In this document: positions 63,684-64,000 of the stretch, piece by piece | Position numbering within the stretch: the first letter of the stretch is position 1 | How the letters are laid out: each line of letters opens with the position of its first letter | Position numbers and translations under genes: made by a program | NCBI GenBank assembly: GCA_030747695.1 | Contig: JASLKG010000001.1 | Span: 59,361 to 123,360, forward strand | Direction of reading: 5' to 3' | DNA: 64,000 bases | DNA from: Candidatus Poseidoniaceae archaeon | Lineage (GTDB): Archaea; Thermoplasmatota; Poseidoniia; Poseidoniales; Poseidoniaceae | Notes under the pieces: model-generated | What the model was told of the DNA's origin: nothing | Databases searched by the model: none | Seen by the model: only the letters and a program-made list of their open reading frames with translations

Positions 63684-64000
63684 ATGAGTGAAAAAATATT
63701 GGATCAGTATGGCAGAGTTACAATTTACATGGAACCAACACATCCATCTCCAATATATCATGTGGATGGATCTGTTGATCCTAATCCTTATGGAAATCTA
63801 GCAGTGTTGTTAGAAGATGATAACCTAGAAGAAGTGATGTATAACGGTGGTGCGCAGTGTGTAAAGGTTGCACATAGAGACCATGGTATGTGTAGAACTA
63901 ATGTTTGGGTTGATGATAATCAGGGACTAGAAATCTCAAAGAATATTGCAGCATTTACGGCAGTACCTCTTGGAGATGGCCCAGGGCTTGTACCCATTTT
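63684..64000 (+). CDS. 3'-truncated type II/IV secretion ATPase (TadA/VirB11/FlaI family)
   Basis: Not in the ORF track. Hand translation MSEKILDQYGRVTIY...PYGNLAVLLEDDNLEEVMYNG...HRDHGMCRTN matches the GYGxLxxLLxDxxIEEIMxNG N-terminal motif. Walker motifs lie beyond the window. Confidence 0.8.
   Translation, partial: MSEKILDQYGRVTIYMEPTHPSPIYHVDGSVDPNPYGNLAVLLEDDNLEEVMYNGGAQCVKVAHRDHGMCRTNVWVDDNQGLEISKNIAAFTAVPLGDGPGLVPI

Overview
A gene-dense, AT-rich archaeal chromosomal segment of about 52 CDSs. It most resembles Marine Group II Euryarchaeota (Ca. Poseidoniales, Thermoplasmatota); this is an inference from the gene mix. Archaeal informational genes (Cdc6/Orc1, rpS6e, eIF2-gamma, Fcf1-like PIN, Dph2, Hel308, Cgi121, RPA) sit beside bacterial-type genes (gyrB/gyrA, class II HMG-CoA reductase, class II CCA/poly(A)-type nucleotidyltransferase, AroD) and many secreted or membrane-anchored peptidases. 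The window also holds a complete smc-scpA-scpB operon, tldD/tldE, and the start of a Tad/type-IV-pilus-like ATPase module at the right edge. I found no rRNA, tRNA, CRISPR array, integrase or transposase. The best candidates for undescribed biology are: (i) a degenerate AAA+/winged-helix gene preceded by a dense TAACGC repeat/palindrome array and coupled to a beta-propeller gene and DUF357, one gene away from smc-scpAB; (ii) a small protein resembling phage tail-tube initiators heading a minimal TadB/TadC/ATPase module just downstream of RPA; (iii) a canonical EF-hand in the GyrA C-terminal tail; (iv) a degenerate PIMT + HEAT + M61 peptidase operon; (v) a lysine-less GcvH, a minimal SerK-like ParB/Srx protein and a Tmk-wHTH fusion. 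All calls come from reading motifs by eye; no searches were run.
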